Program-made: the position numbers and the translations under genes | Source of the DNA: Eubacteriales bacterium | GTDB taxonomy: Bacteria; Bacillota; Clostridia; Oscillospirales; CAG-382 | Direction of reading: 5' to 3' | Assembly (NCBI GenBank): GCA_045541355.1 | Contig: JAZQIW010000111.1 | Location: 2,679-66,678 of the forward strand | Length of the DNA: 64,000 nt | Notes under the pieces: model-generated | What the model was told of the DNA's origin: nothing | Seen by the model: only the letters and a program-made list of their open reading frames with translations | The model's database searches: none | Part shown: positions 9,989 to 21,897 of the stretch, piece after piece | Layout: the number at the start of each line of letters is the position of its first letter | Numbering within the stretch: position 1 is the stretch's first letter

Positions 9989-10002
9989 CATAATATTGTC
10001 AA

Positions 10003-10035
10003 AGGGCTGTCCCATCGGACAGCCCTCTTTTATTT
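10003..10035 (+). terminator. Intrinsic terminator after the MscS gene
   Basis: AGGGCTGTCC-CATC-GGACAGCCCT followed by CTTTTATTTT. It abuts the stop of the convergent ntpD. Confidence 0.7.
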
Positions 10036-10682
10036 TATCCTTTACGCTGCTCATTAAGCATCATATCCTTGACCTTCATGAGACGTGTTGTTGTGCTTCT
10101 TTCATTTTCGTCAAGCTTCATTGTAATATACTTGATTGTATCAGTATATTGAGGTATCAAAACGTGCTCAAGAGCATTAACTCTTCTGCGCGTTTTTTCT
10201 ATTTCTGCCGACATCATCTGGCACGACTTTTCAATCTCAGCAAGCCTTACCATTTTTGAGAAAACAATACCAAGATTTCTTACTGCCTCATCAAGATCTC
10301 CCGAGGTATATGCAAATCCGTATGAATAAACATCATTTTCATTCGCGCTTTTCATGGATATATCAAAAACAGGAATATTTACGCTCATAACATTTCTGCT
10401 TGAAACATCAAGCGAAAGCTCTTGCTTTGGCATCATCAAAGCAACATCAAGCATCTGTCCCTGCATAACCGATCGGGCAACGGCAATATGCTTATTGGCC
10501 TCGGAAATCGCCTCTTCAACCTCACGTCGCAACGCCTTGTTTTCCTTTACCATATCAAGAAAACGCCGCATCAGCTCATCGCGCTTATCCTTAAGAAGCT
10601 TATGCCCGCGGCGGGCAGTTACAAGCTTTCTCTTAAGGTTGGTAAGCTCCATACGGGTTGGATTGACATTCATAACTGCCAT
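10035..10682 (-). CDS. ntpD: V-type ATP synthase subunit D
   Basis: 215 aa with a helical N-terminus (MNVNPTRMELTNLKRKL) typical of V/A-ATPase subunit D. It is the last gene of the ntp operon. Confidence 0.9.
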   Translation of the reverse strand: MAVMNVNPTRMELTNLKRKLVTARRGHKLLKDKRDELMRRFLDMVKENKALRREVEEAISEANKHIAVARSVMQGQMLDVALMMPKQELSLDVSSRNVMSVNIPVFDISMKSANENDVYSYGFAYTSGDLDEAVRNLGIVFSKMVRLAEIEKSCQMMSAEIEKTRRRVNALEHVLIPQYTDTIKYITMKLDENERSTTTRLMKVKDMMLNEQRKG

Positions 10683-10699
10683 CTTTTCACCTTCCCGTT

Positions 10700-12073
10700 C
10701 TACTTCTTATCATAGTACATATCAAGGTATTTATCACTGATACGTTTAAGCTCACTTCTGGGAAGGATTCTTAAAAGCTCCCAGCCAATATCAAGGGTTT
10801 CTTCAATACTTCTGTCGGTATCATACCCCTGCGAAACATACTTCTTTTCAAACTCATCGGCAAATTTTGCATATTTCTTATCAATTTCGGTAAGTGCAGA
10901 CTCACCGAGAATTACCATAAGCTCCTTTGCATCCTTACCTCTTGCATAAGCAGAAAACAGCTGGTTCATAGTGTTGGAATGATCTTCTCTTGTCTTGCCT
11001 TCACCAATACCCTTATCCTTAAGTCTTGAAAGAGAAGGCAGAACATCTATTGGCGGCATTATACCCTTACGGTACAGGTCACGGGCAAGAATAATCTGTC
11101 CCTCTGTAATATAGCCTGTAAGGTCAGGAATGGGGTGAGTCTTATCATCCTCGGGCATTGTCAGAATGGGTATCATTGTGATACTTCCCTTTTTGCCCTG
11201 CTGACGGCCTGCTCTTTCATAAATAGAAGCAAGGTCAGTATACATATAGCCGGGATATCCGCGGCGTCCCGGAACCTCCTTACGTGCAGCCGATACTTCA
11301 CGAAGGGCATCTGCGTAGTTCGTAATATCAGTAAGAATTACAAGAACGTGCATATCCTTTTCAAAGGCAAGATACTCGGCAGCGGTAAGTGCCATTTTTG
11401 GCGTTGCAATTCTTTCAATAGCAGGGTCGTTTGCAAGATTTATGAAAAGCACCGTTCTGTCAATAGCTCCCGTCTCTGTAAAAGACTGAACAAAATAGTT
11501 AGACTCTTCAAATGTAATACCCATGGCCGCAAATACAACGGCAAACTGCTCATTGGCACCTCTTACTTTTGCCTGCTTTGCAATCTGCGCCGCAAGGTTT
11601 GCATGAGGAAGACCGGATGCTGAAAAAATGGGAAGCTTCTGGCCTCTTACAAGTGTATTAAGACCGTCAATGGCAGAAATGCCCGTCTGAATAAATTCCT
11701 GCGGATAGTTTCTTGCAGCAGGATTTATCGGGCTGCCGTTTACGTCAAGACGTTTATCCGGAATAATTTCAGGACCGTTATCAATAGGTCTTCCAAGACC
11801 ATCAAAGACACGGCCAAGCATATCCTCGGAAACGCCCAGTTCCATCTGTCTGCCGAGAAACTTTACTGTGCTGTTTGAAAGATTTATACCTGTCGAGCTT
11901 TCAAAAAGCTGAACAAGTGCATTTGTACCGTTAATCTCAAGAACACGGCATCTTCTCTTTTCGCCGCTTTCAAGCTCGATTTCTCCAAGCTCGTTATAGG
12001 TAACCCCTTCAACATTTCGTACAAGCATAAGAGGACCCGATACTTCTTCAATTGTTCTGTATTCCTTTGGCAT
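10700..12073 (-). CDS. ntpB: V-type ATP synthase subunit B
   Basis: 457 aa in the regulatory B-subunit family (..[16 protein letters not shown].., ..[15 protein letters not shown]..). Its start abuts the ntpA stop. Confidence 0.92.
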   Translation of the reverse strand: MPKEYRTIEEVSGPLMLVRNVEGVTYNELGEIELESGEKRRCRVLEINGTNALVQLFESSTGINLSNSTVKFLGRQMELGVSEDMLGRVFDGLGRPIDNGPEIIPDKRLDVNGSPINPAARNYPQEFIQTGISAIDGLNTLVRGQKLPIFSASGLPHANLAAQIAKQAKVRGANEQFAVVFAAMGITFEESNYFVQSFTETGAIDRTVLFINLANDPAIERIATPKMALTAAEYLAFEKDMHVLVILTDITNYADALREVSAARKEVPGRRGYPGYMYTDLASIYERAGRQQGKKGSITMIPILTMPEDDKTHPIPDLTGYITEGQIILARDLYRKGIMPPIDVLPSLSRLKDKGIGEGKTREDHSNTMNQLFSAYARGKDAKELMVILGESALTEIDKKYAKFADEFEKKYVSQGYDTDRSIEETLDIGWELLRILPRSELKRISDKYLDMYYDKK

Positions 12074-13839
12074 CAGAATTCCTCCTTTACAATTGTAGTC
12101 TGCATTTGAGACGCGATTTCAGATTCAATTTTTGAATACTCGGTTTTTATATCCTTCTCTTCAACATATTTGAATCTGCCAATCTGTTCTCTTACGGCAA
12201 GTGATGCAATTTTTTCTATATCTCCGCCGACCTCAAGAACAGCCGCTGCTTCATCATAATACTTCAAAATAAGGCGCATCATAAGAAGCTGCTTTTCAAG
12301 GCTTGTATACGTATCAACCTCGTGGAAAGCAAGCTGATGCAAAAAGTCCTCACGAATAGAACGCGCTGTTTCCATTTTAAGTCTGTCAGAAGCGGAGAGT
12401 GCGTCCATACCTACAAGCTTTACAATTTCATCAAGCTCTGCCTCATCCTGAAGAATACTCATCATTCTTCCTCTGAGCACCATCCAATCCTCGGACACAT
12501 TCTGCTTAAACCAATCTTCAAGCAGGTCAAGGTAAAGAGAATAGCTTGTCAGCCAGTTTATTGCAGGGAAATGACGTTTATACGCAAGACTTGAATCAAG
12601 TCCCCAGAAAACCTTTACAATTCTGAGTGTGGCCTGAGAAACAGGCTCGGAAATATCACCGCCGGGAGGAGATACGGCACCGATAACCGAAAGAGCACCT
12701 TCCCTACCGTCACTGCCAAGAGATATAACACGTCCTGCTCTTTCATAGAACTGAGCAAGGCGGCTGCCGAGATATGCCGGGTATCCTTCTTCACCGGGCA
12801 TTTCTTCAAGTCTTCCCGACATTTCACGAAGAGCCTCTGCCCAACGGCTCGTAGAATCTGCCATAAGCGCAACAGAGTAACCCATATCTCTGAAATATTC
12901 AGCAATTGTAATACCTGTATAAATAGAAGCCTCACGTGCCGCAACAGGCATATCCGAGGTGTTTGCAATGAGAACCGTTCGCTCCATAAGAGACTTTCCC
13001 GTATTCGGGTCAATGAGTTCGGGGAACTCATTAAGAACGTCTGTCATTTCATTTCCGCGCTCACCGCAGCCAATGTAAACAACAATATCTGCTTCCGCCC
13101 ATTTTGCAAGCTGGTGCTGTGTTACTGTCTTTCCGCTTCCGAAGGGACCGGGAATTGCCGCAACACCGCCCTTTGCGATGGGGAACATGGTATCAACAAC
13201 TCGCTGACCTGTAATAAGAGGCTTATCGGGAGAAAGCTTCTTGGAATAGGGTCTTCCCTTTCGTACAGGCCACTTCTGCATAAGGGTCATATCATATTCA
13301 CCCTTTTGCGTCTTAATTTTACATACTACATCATTAACATGGTATTCGCCTTCATTAATTGAGAGAATTTCGCCCTCAACGCCAAAGGGAACCATGATTT
13401 TATGCAGAACTACATCCGTCTCCTTAACAGTACCGATAACATCACCCGTTGTAACCTTATCACCGGCTTTAAGAATGGGTTTAAAGCCCCAAACAGGCTC
13501 TCTTTTCAACGATGCAACATCAACGCCTCTTGCTATATTGTTGCCTGATACTCTCATAATATCGTCGAGAGGTCTCTGTATGCCGTCAAAAATACTTCCT
13601 ATAAGACCGGGACCCAGTTCTACACTCATGGGCTCTCCCGTTGATTCAACGGGTTCTCCTGTGCCAAGACCGCTTGTTTCTTCATATACCTGAACAGACG
13701 CCCTGTCACCGTGCATTTCAATTATTTCACCAATCAGGCGCTTATCGCTTACTCTTACAACGTCGAACATATTCGCGTCTCTCATTCCTTCGGCGATAAC
13801 AAGCGGACCTGACACCTTTAATATTTTTCCGATTGCCAT
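12073..13839 (-). CDS. ntpA: V-type ATP synthase catalytic subunit A
   Basis: 588 aa with Walker [10 protein letters not shown]. The overall layout is typical of a V/A-type A subunit. Confidence 0.92.
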   Translation of the reverse strand: MAIGKILKVSGPLVIAEGMRDANMFDVVRVSDKRLIGEIIEMHGDRASVQVYEETSGLGTGEPVESTGEPMSVELGPGLIGSIFDGIQRPLDDIMRVSGNNIARGVDVASLKREPVWGFKPILKAGDKVTTGDVIGTVKETDVVLHKIMVPFGVEGEILSINEGEYHVNDVVCKIKTQKGEYDMTLMQKWPVRKGRPYSKKLSPDKPLITGQRVVDTMFPIAKGGVAAIPGPFGSGKTVTQHQLAKWAEADIVVYIGCGERGNEMTDVLNEFPELIDPNTGKSLMERTVLIANTSDMPVAAREASIYTGITIAEYFRDMGYSVALMADSTSRWAEALREMSGRLEEMPGEEGYPAYLGSRLAQFYERAGRVISLGSDGREGALSVIGAVSPPGGDISEPVSQATLRIVKVFWGLDSSLAYKRHFPAINWLTSYSLYLDLLEDWFKQNVSEDWMVLRGRMMSILQDEAELDEIVKLVGMDALSASDRLKMETARSIREDFLHQLAFHEVDTYTSLEKQLLMMRLILKYYDEAAAVLEVGGDIEKIASLAVREQIGRFKYVEEKDIKTEYSKIESEIASQMQTTIVKEEF

Positions 13840-13860
13840 TTATATACCTCACATAGTATT

Positions 13861-14172
13861 TTAAGATATGATATCGGAGCCTACCGCCTTTTCAACGGAC
13901 AGGCTTACGTTTTTCATTCCCACACCCGTGTTTCCGCTGACTCCGGGTATCGGAATAATAGCAGGAAGAGGAAGGTCACGGTAATACTCAACCTCATCTG
14001 TGAGAAGCTCATATAAAGCCTCGGTCACATAGATAACACCGTAACCGCTTTTAGCAAGCTCTCTTACCGTTTTTGATGCATCTGCCTCATTATCACATGG
14101 GAAAATTCCAAGACCAAGGGACGCAAAGCCGTAAATGCTGTCTCTGTCGCCGACAACCGCAATTTTATACAT
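13861..14172 (-). CDS. V-type ATP synthase subunit F
   Basis: 103 aa from the ATG at 14172 (MYKIAVVGDRDS..), overlapping the subunit C stop. The track start at 14205 lies inside the upstream gene. Confidence 0.8.
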   Translation of the reverse strand: MYKIAVVGDRDSIYGFASLGLGIFPCDNEADASKTVRELAKSGYGVIYVTEALYELLTDEVEYYRDLPLPAIIPIPGVSGNTGVGMKNVSLSVEKAVGSDIIS

Positions 14173-15133
14173 ATAGCTCACGCACCCTTTCTCTGATTGC
14201 ATCATTATCTATGCCGTTCTTTTTGCATGACAGAATAATGCGTACGGTTTTAATCTCGCTGTCGCAGGCAAAATAATATGCTACAAGAGGAGAGATTCCA
14301 AGGCACATATATTTTGCATTTTTAACGCTGTCAAGAAGAACGCCGTCAATCTCTTTTTCAAAGGCAGCATACGATTTGACCATCGCTTTTGCAACGCCGT
14401 CAAAGCCTGCTCTCGACACAAGACGCACAAGCGACTCTTTGCCGTTAAGTGCTGCTTCTGCAAGCTCTTTTACACTAAAATACTTACATTCAGCAAAGGC
14501 ATTAAGCATAAACTCCAAATCCTTTGCGGTATTTAATGCACGAAGAGCAATTTTGACATTGGTAAGTGCTGTCATTTTCTCACAAAGCTCAATTACAAAG
14601 CTATCGCTTGTTTCCTTAGCCATCGAAAGTGAAGCCTCAAGACAAGCCTTATCAAGATAAACCTCTGTAAGCTGACCATCCATTGTACGTGCAAGAATAT
14701 CAAAAGCTTTTATAACGGCAGCACCTATATTCTCGGGCAGCAAGTCATATTCCTTTTGAGTTAAAGACCTTACAAGAATATCCTTTTCAACAACACTTGG
14801 ACTCAGCAAAAGCTGTGACACATCAGTTCCCGTAACAATTCCCTTTAAAACCGCCTTAATATTATGAAAGTCATTTTTTACAATTAAAAAGTCAAGGCAC
14901 TTTCTATCGGGAGCTGCCTCATAAATAAGCTCAAAAGCAGCCTTTAGTTTTTCTGACAATATCGTCTCTGCATCATTCTTTTCAAAATCCGCATACGAAG
15001 CATCGAAAAATACTTTAATAGTTTCTTTATAATCAGCTGCATTGATAGCATTTTCGACAACAGATTTCTGCAAAAGCTTATTTTCGTTTGCACGAATCTT
15101 TGCAACAGCAAAGGCAAATTCGGTGTCCTTCAT
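14165..15133 (-). CDS. ntpC: V-type ATP synthase subunit C
   Basis: 322-aa all-helical protein lying between subunits E and F, as in Enterococcus and Clostridium ntp operons. Confidence 0.8.
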   Translation of the reverse strand: MKDTEFAFAVAKIRANENKLLQKSVVENAINAADYKETIKVFFDASYADFEKNDAETILSEKLKAAFELIYEAAPDRKCLDFLIVKNDFHNIKAVLKGIVTGTDVSQLLLSPSVVEKDILVRSLTQKEYDLLPENIGAAVIKAFDILARTMDGQLTEVYLDKACLEASLSMAKETSDSFVIELCEKMTALTNVKIALRALNTAKDLEFMLNAFAECKYFSVKELAEAALNGKESLVRLVSRAGFDGVAKAMVKSYAAFEKEIDGVLLDSVKNAKYMCLGISPLVAYYFACDSEIKTVRIILSCKKNGIDNDAIRERVRELYV

Positions 15134-15144
15134 TCAAACACCCC

Positions 15145-15735
15145 CTAAGCAAACAGTAGCTTTGAAATTTCATCTTTTATGTCATCAGCGTTTTCATCAA
15201 TCAAAGACGAGAAAGTGCAATCAACCTTGATTTCGGAATACTCAAGAACAAATCCGCCATCGGTGTTGAGAAAAGCCTCGGACAAAACAAGCTCTTTTCC
15301 TTCTCCGAGCTTTTTATTAATGCCGTCAAGAAAATCAGCAGGCAGTCTTTTATTGTCCTTTTCAGAAAGAACAATTTTACCCTTTCCCATAATAGCATTT
15401 TTCAACACAAGCTTTTCAAGGTTAGAAAAATACACTCCCGGCTCGGCATTACAAAGGCTGTTATAAGCCTCTTTCATAATATCCGAAACAATCCTTCCTT
15501 TTTCCAAAAGCAAAACTCTTTTATATTCAAGGTCAGCCGTACTTTTAGCTTTAGACATAATTACAGAAATCTTTTCATCTGTATCGGCTTTTATTTTGTT
15601 GCAGACAATTTCAAGTTCAGCCTTTGCGTTTTCTTTAATCTCTTTTGCCTTCTTTTCGGCAGATTCAATTACGCTGAGGCACTCAGACTCATTCTGCAAT
15701 TTGATTTTCTCAATTATATTATTAAGTCCATCCAT
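15145..15735 (-). CDS. ntpE: V-type ATP synthase subunit E
   Basis: 196 aa from the ATG at 15735 (AAGGTG RBS 6 nt upstream), with a charged coiled-coil N-terminal half. An alternative GTG start exists at 15744. Confidence 0.75.
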   Translation of the reverse strand: MDGLNNIIEKIKLQNESECLSVIESAEKKAKEIKENAKAELEIVCNKIKADTDEKISVIMSKAKSTADLEYKRVLLLEKGRIVSDIMKEAYNSLCNAEPGVYFSNLEKLVLKNAIMGKGKIVLSEKDNKRLPADFLDGINKKLGEGKELVLSEAFLNTDGGFVLEYSEIKVDCTFSSLIDENADDIKDEISKLLFA

Positions 15736-15745
15736 CAGGCACACC

Positions 15746-18197
<2,452 letters not shown>

Positions 18198-18249
18198 CTG
18201 GTATCACCTCCAATAAATAAAAAACGCACAAAAAAGTGCGCAAAAATCC

Positions 18250-18561
18250 CTAACCGATTATTTTGTTGATGACAACATCAACGCAAGCCGTCTTCTTCGA
18301 AGCCATCTCATCCCTCATTATCGAAGCGTCTTTTACAGCAAGAGACTTCTTTTCATCAATTATTCCGAGTGCTTCATTATTACTTTCAGCAATTCTGTTA
18401 TCGCTTTCATCAAAAGCTGCTTTCTTTGCACAATCCAGAGATGCCTTCGCTTCTTCTTCGGCATTCTTTACAATCAAAGAAGCCTTTTCCGTTGCAGCAG
18501 AAAGCTTTGTCGATGCTTCTTTTTCAGCTTCCAGAATCTTTTGGAGCATATCCGATGCCAC
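18250..18561 (-). CDS. Small coiled-coil V-ATPase peripheral-stalk subunit (G/H type)
   Basis: 103-aa Ala/Glu/Lys-rich protein with a GTG start preceded by GGGAGGG. It is the first gene of the ntp operon, in the position occupied by the stalk subunit in related operons. Confidence 0.5.
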   Translation of the reverse strand: MASDMLQKILEAEKEASTKLSAATEKASLIVKNAEEEAKASLDCAKKAAFDESDNRIAESNNEALGIIDEKKSLAVKDASIMRDEMASKKTACVDVVINKIIG

Positions 18562-18710
18562 TTACATCCCTCCCGTATAAACGTTACTATTATTATACAA
18601 TTTTTTAAACAAACAATTGTTAATTCAATGTAAATAGCTTAAAATATTTTTTAATTTATTTGCAAAAAACAAAACAATATGATAGAATACGTTAGAAGGA
18701 AGTGTAGTTG

Positions 18711-19349
18711 ATGAAAACGTGTTATATTTTTGCTGCCGGCGACTTTAGGGGAAGCTTTCGAAAAAAAGCAAACGATCTTGTAATAGCCGCAGATGCAGGA
18801 TACCGGCATCTCGAAGAAATGGGCATTTATCCCGATGTTCTTCTGGGAGATTTTGACACAATCGGAGAAATGCCAAAGGTTTCCGACACTATAAGCTTTT
18901 CACCCGTAAAGGACTTTACTGATACAGAGCTGTCAATAATGGAAGGAATTAAACGCGGTTTTCACAAATTCACTATTTGCGGAGCCATTGGCGGAAAGCG
19001 GTTTGAGCATACAATTGCAAATCTTTCTCTTGCAGCAGCATACGCTCAGAAAGGCTACGATATAACTCTGACTGACGGGAATTATGTTGTAATAGCTCTT
19101 CACAATAATTCTTATCGCTTTACAGGCAAGGAGAACGGCTTTATATCCGCATTTTGTCTATCGGGCAAAGCAGAAGGTGTCAACATAAACGGTCTCAAAT
19201 ACACATTAACCGACGGCACGCTTGACTCGGAGAATCCCTCGCTTTGTGTAAGCAACGAATTTATTGGTGCTCCTGCTGAAATTTCAGTTAAAAACGGTAC
19301 TATTCTTATCATCTGGCAATCTTCGGAGGAATATTTAAATGAAGCTTAA
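18711..19349 (+). CDS. thiN: Thiamine diphosphokinase
   Basis: About 212 aa with LLGDFDTI and VKDFTDTEL motifs. The ATG at 18711 follows a GAAGGAAG RBS. Confidence 0.8.
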   Translation: MKTCYIFAAGDFRGSFRKKANDLVIAADAGYRHLEEMGIYPDVLLGDFDTIGEMPKVSDTISFSPVKDFTDTELSIMEGIKRGFHKFTICGAIGGKRFEHTIANLSLAAAYAQKGYDITLTDGNYVVIALHNNSYRFTGKENGFISAFCLSGKAEGVNINGLKYTLTDGTLDSENPSLCVSNEFIGAPAEISVKNGTILIIWQSSEEYLNEA

Positions 19350-20169
19350 ATACTATGGTACAGCGGCAGCTGAGGGTATACCTGCGCTTTACTGCAGCTG
19401 CGATGTCTGCAAATACTCAAAAAAAGCGGGTGGAAGAAATATAAGAACACGCTCGCAGGCTCTCTTAAATGACAGCCTTCTTATTGATATCTGCCCGGAC
19501 ACTCTTTATCACTATCATGTTTTAGGACTGCCCTTGGAAAAAATAGAGTATGCACTCATTACACACAAGCACGCCGACCATCTTGACACCCCCACAATCA
19601 CTATGCGTTCTAAAGGCTTTGTTACTCATGACCTGCCAAGACTGAACATTTATGGCTCCATGCCTACAATAGACCTAATATTCGACGAGCTCAGGAAAAA
19701 TGGCAGAAACAACGATGAGAGATGGAATCTATACGAAATTGCACCATTTGAAACCAAAACAATAGACAGCTTCTGTGTGACACCCTACAAAGCAAATCAC
19801 GCTTTCAATACATACCCTTACATTTATGACATTTCAGACGGAGAGAAAAGAATGCTTTACGCCCACGACTCAGGCTTCTTTTTAGATGAGACGTGGCATT
19901 ACTTAGAAAACTTCACCCCGTTTTTCAATCTCGTATCGCTTGATTGCACCATGGGAATTGCCGACAGTGCAGGGCATTTTCACATGAATATTCCTGACTG
20001 TGAAAGGGTAAAAAGCCGCCTTATTGATATAGGTTGTGCCGACAAAGACACCATTTTTGTACTCAACCATTTTTCCCACAACGGGCACGTTTCATATGAT
20101 GCTCTTTCAGAAATTGCAGACAGCAAAGGTTTTACCGTATCCTATGACGGATTGGAAATCATATTTTAA
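19339..20169 (+). CDS. MBL-fold metallo-hydrolase (PhnP-like)
   Basis: 276 aa with HKHADH (HxHxDH) and an N-terminal CSCDVC zinc-ribbon-like motif. It overlaps the thiN end by 11 nt. Confidence 0.7.
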   Translation: MKLKYYGTAAAEGIPALYCSCDVCKYSKKAGGRNIRTRSQALLNDSLLIDICPDTLYHYHVLGLPLEKIEYALITHKHADHLDTPTITMRSKGFVTHDLPRLNIYGSMPTIDLIFDELRKNGRNNDERWNLYEIAPFETKTIDSFCVTPYKANHAFNTYPYIYDISDGEKRMLYAHDSGFFLDETWHYLENFTPFFNLVSLDCTMGIADSAGHFHMNIPDCERVKSRLIDIGCADKDTIFVLNHFSHNGHVSYDALSEIADSKGFTVSYDGLEIIF

Positions 20170-20174
20170 AGTCA

Positions 20175-20204
20175 AATCCCTTGTACCGATTGATACAAGG
20201 GATT
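20175..20204. terminator. Hairpin between convergent MBL and DUF554 genes
   Basis: AATCCCTTGTA-8 nt-TACAAGGGATT, an 11-bp stem. The T-runs are weak on both strands. Confidence 0.5.
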
Positions 20205-20209
20205 ACATT

Positions 20210-20914
20210 TTACATTATAACTTCAACAAGCTTATTTAGTGCCGGAGTAATAATCGGAGCTACAAGCATTGCGGGAAGATAATTTGCAACCTTGATTTTC
20301 GAAACACCGATAATATTAAGTCCAAGACCGATAATCAAAACCGATCCCGCACAAATCATTTCATTTTGAAGCGGTTGGGTAAGAACGGGACCTGCAAGCT
20401 GAGCGAGAAGAACAAGACCTCCTTGGAACAAGAGAACAAAAACGGCAGACAAGAGCACGCTATATCCAAATGTTGCAGCAAGAGCCATCGAAGAAACGAG
20501 ATCAAGAATAGATTTCGTAATAAGCAAAGTGTTATCACCGCTGACACCTGCCTGAATGGAGCCGACAAGAGTCATGGAGCCAACGCAGAAAATAAGGCAT
20601 GCCGTTACAAATCCCTGTGAAGCATTGGAATTATTGCCATTCTTATCAACTCTTGAGGTTACAAAATCAGAAAGCTTATTGATTTTTCCGTCAATGTCAA
20701 GAATAAAGCCAATAACGGCTCCGATTGCCATTGAAAGAATAAGCACAAGCTGATTCTCACCCACCAAAGCACCGCTTATACCTATATAGAGTGTACAAAG
20801 ACCAATTCCTACCATAATACCGTCTGTTACTTTTTCGGGAATGAGATTTTTGAATACCATTCCTACAATGCTGCCGATAATAACGGTTATGCAATTAACA
20901 ATTACGCCAAACAT
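20210..20914 (-). CDS. DUF554-family membrane protein
   Basis: 234-aa polytopic protein. The N-terminus MFGVIVNCITVIIGSIVG is typical of the YdfK/YqgA-like family. Confidence 0.7.
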   Translation of the reverse strand: MFGVIVNCITVIIGSIVGMVFKNLIPEKVTDGIMVGIGLCTLYIGISGALVGENQLVLILSMAIGAVIGFILDIDGKINKLSDFVTSRVDKNGNNSNASQGFVTACLIFCVGSMTLVGSIQAGVSGDNTLLITKSILDLVSSMALAATFGYSVLLSAVFVLLFQGGLVLLAQLAGPVLTQPLQNEMICAGSVLIIGLGLNIIGVSKIKVANYLPAMLVAPIITPALNKLVEVIM

Positions 20915-21000
20915 GTACAGCCTCCGACAAAAAAATTCATTTGATTATAACATAAAACAAAATTTTAGTCAATATTTTATCAAAGATATAACAAAAGTTA

Positions 21001-21029
21001 TTGCAATACCAAAACAATTGATGTATAAT
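21001..21029 (+). promoter_or_regulatory. Sigma-A-type promoter for dut
   Basis: TTGCAA, 17-nt spacer, TATAAT. Confidence 0.55.
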
Positions 21030-21061
21030 TAAATAAAGATTATGATTTGGAGAATAATATA

Positions 21062-21505
21062 ATGAAGACAAAAGTATGCTTCAAAAAGCTTGACAATCGA
21101 GCAACGGTTCCGACCTATGGTTCAGAATTTTCCGCAGGTGCCGATTTATATGCCGTCTGTGACAATGACATTATCATTGAGCCCGGCAAAACGGTACTGA
21201 TTCACACAGGACTCGCCATGGAAATACCCGTGGGCTTTGGCGGATTTGTATTTGCAAGAAGCGGACTTGCATCAAAGAAAGGACTTGCACCCGCCAACAA
21301 AGTTGGTGTTGTTGATGCCGATTACAGAGGCGAAATCATGGTGGCTCTTCACAATCATTCTCAAATTGCTGCAACTGTTTCTCACGGCGAAAGAATAGCC
21401 CAGCTTGTTATTATGCCCTTTATTGCGGCAGAATTTATCGAGTGCGACGAGCTTTCGGAAACTGTTCGCGGCGAAGGCGGTTTTGGCTCAACAGGAACAA
21501 AATAA
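21062..21505 (+). CDS. dut: dUTP diphosphatase
   Basis: 147 aa from the ATG at 21062 (GGAG 9 nt upstream). Motifs SAGADL, GVVDADYRGE and RGEGGFGSTG are present. The track start at 21047 is a TTG. Confidence 0.9.
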   Translation: MKTKVCFKKLDNRATVPTYGSEFSAGADLYAVCDNDIIIEPGKTVLIHTGLAMEIPVGFGGFVFARSGLASKKGLAPANKVGVVDADYRGEIMVALHNHSQIAATVSHGERIAQLVIMPFIAAEFIECDELSETVRGEGGFGSTGTK

Positions 21506-21529
21506 TTTAAATAGAACGGAGGAAATCAA

Positions 21530-21763
21530 ATGAAAAAGATTATCTGCAAAAAGGAATACGACACAGAGGTTGCTACGATTGTAAAGAAGGTTACATTCGG
21601 CAATTTCGGTGAAGCTGACGGATATGAGGAAATTCTTTTCCAGACCCCCGAAGGACTTTACTTTGTTTATGTAAACGGTGGTCCTGAATCAATTCATCCC
21701 GAGGAAGACATTTCAAGAATATCCAAGGCAAAAGCCGAACAGTGGATTGAAGAACACGTTTAA
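21530..21763 (+). CDS. Hypothetical small protein (77 aa)
   Basis: A GGAGG RBS is present. It starts 24 nt after dut and is followed by a clean terminator. I recognise no family. Confidence 0.45.
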   Translation: MKKIICKKEYDTEVATIVKKVTFGNFGEADGYEEILFQTPEGLYFVYVNGGPESIHPEEDISRISKAKAEQWIEEHV

Positions 21764-21785
21764 TTATCCGCATTAAGGCATTTCA

Positions 21786-21816
21786 AGACAGAAGGTTTCC
21801 CCTTCTGTCTTTTATT
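21786..21816 (+). terminator. Intrinsic terminator of the dut operon
   Basis: AGACAGAAGG-TTTCC-CCTTCTGTCT followed by TTTATTATT. Confidence 0.8.
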
Positions 21817-21820
21817 ATTC

Positions 21821-21858
21821 AAAAAATAAAAGAGGTACGTGCCGTACAGCGTACCTCT
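21821..21858 (-). terminator. Intrinsic terminator of the surface-protein gene
   Basis: On the minus strand, AGAGGTACG-10 nt-CGTACCTCT is followed by TTTATTTTTT. Confidence 0.75.
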
Positions 21859-21897
21859 CCATTTTTAATTGAAATTCAATTGAGTGTGAGACTCAGA

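Noticed and set aside
9404-10259. 216-aa (minus) and 237-aa (plus) ORFs overlapping the MscS gene and ntpD
   Set aside because: They are antisense or out-of-frame shadows of two well-supported genes. They have no RBS and show odd Cys/Ser/Thr-rich composition.
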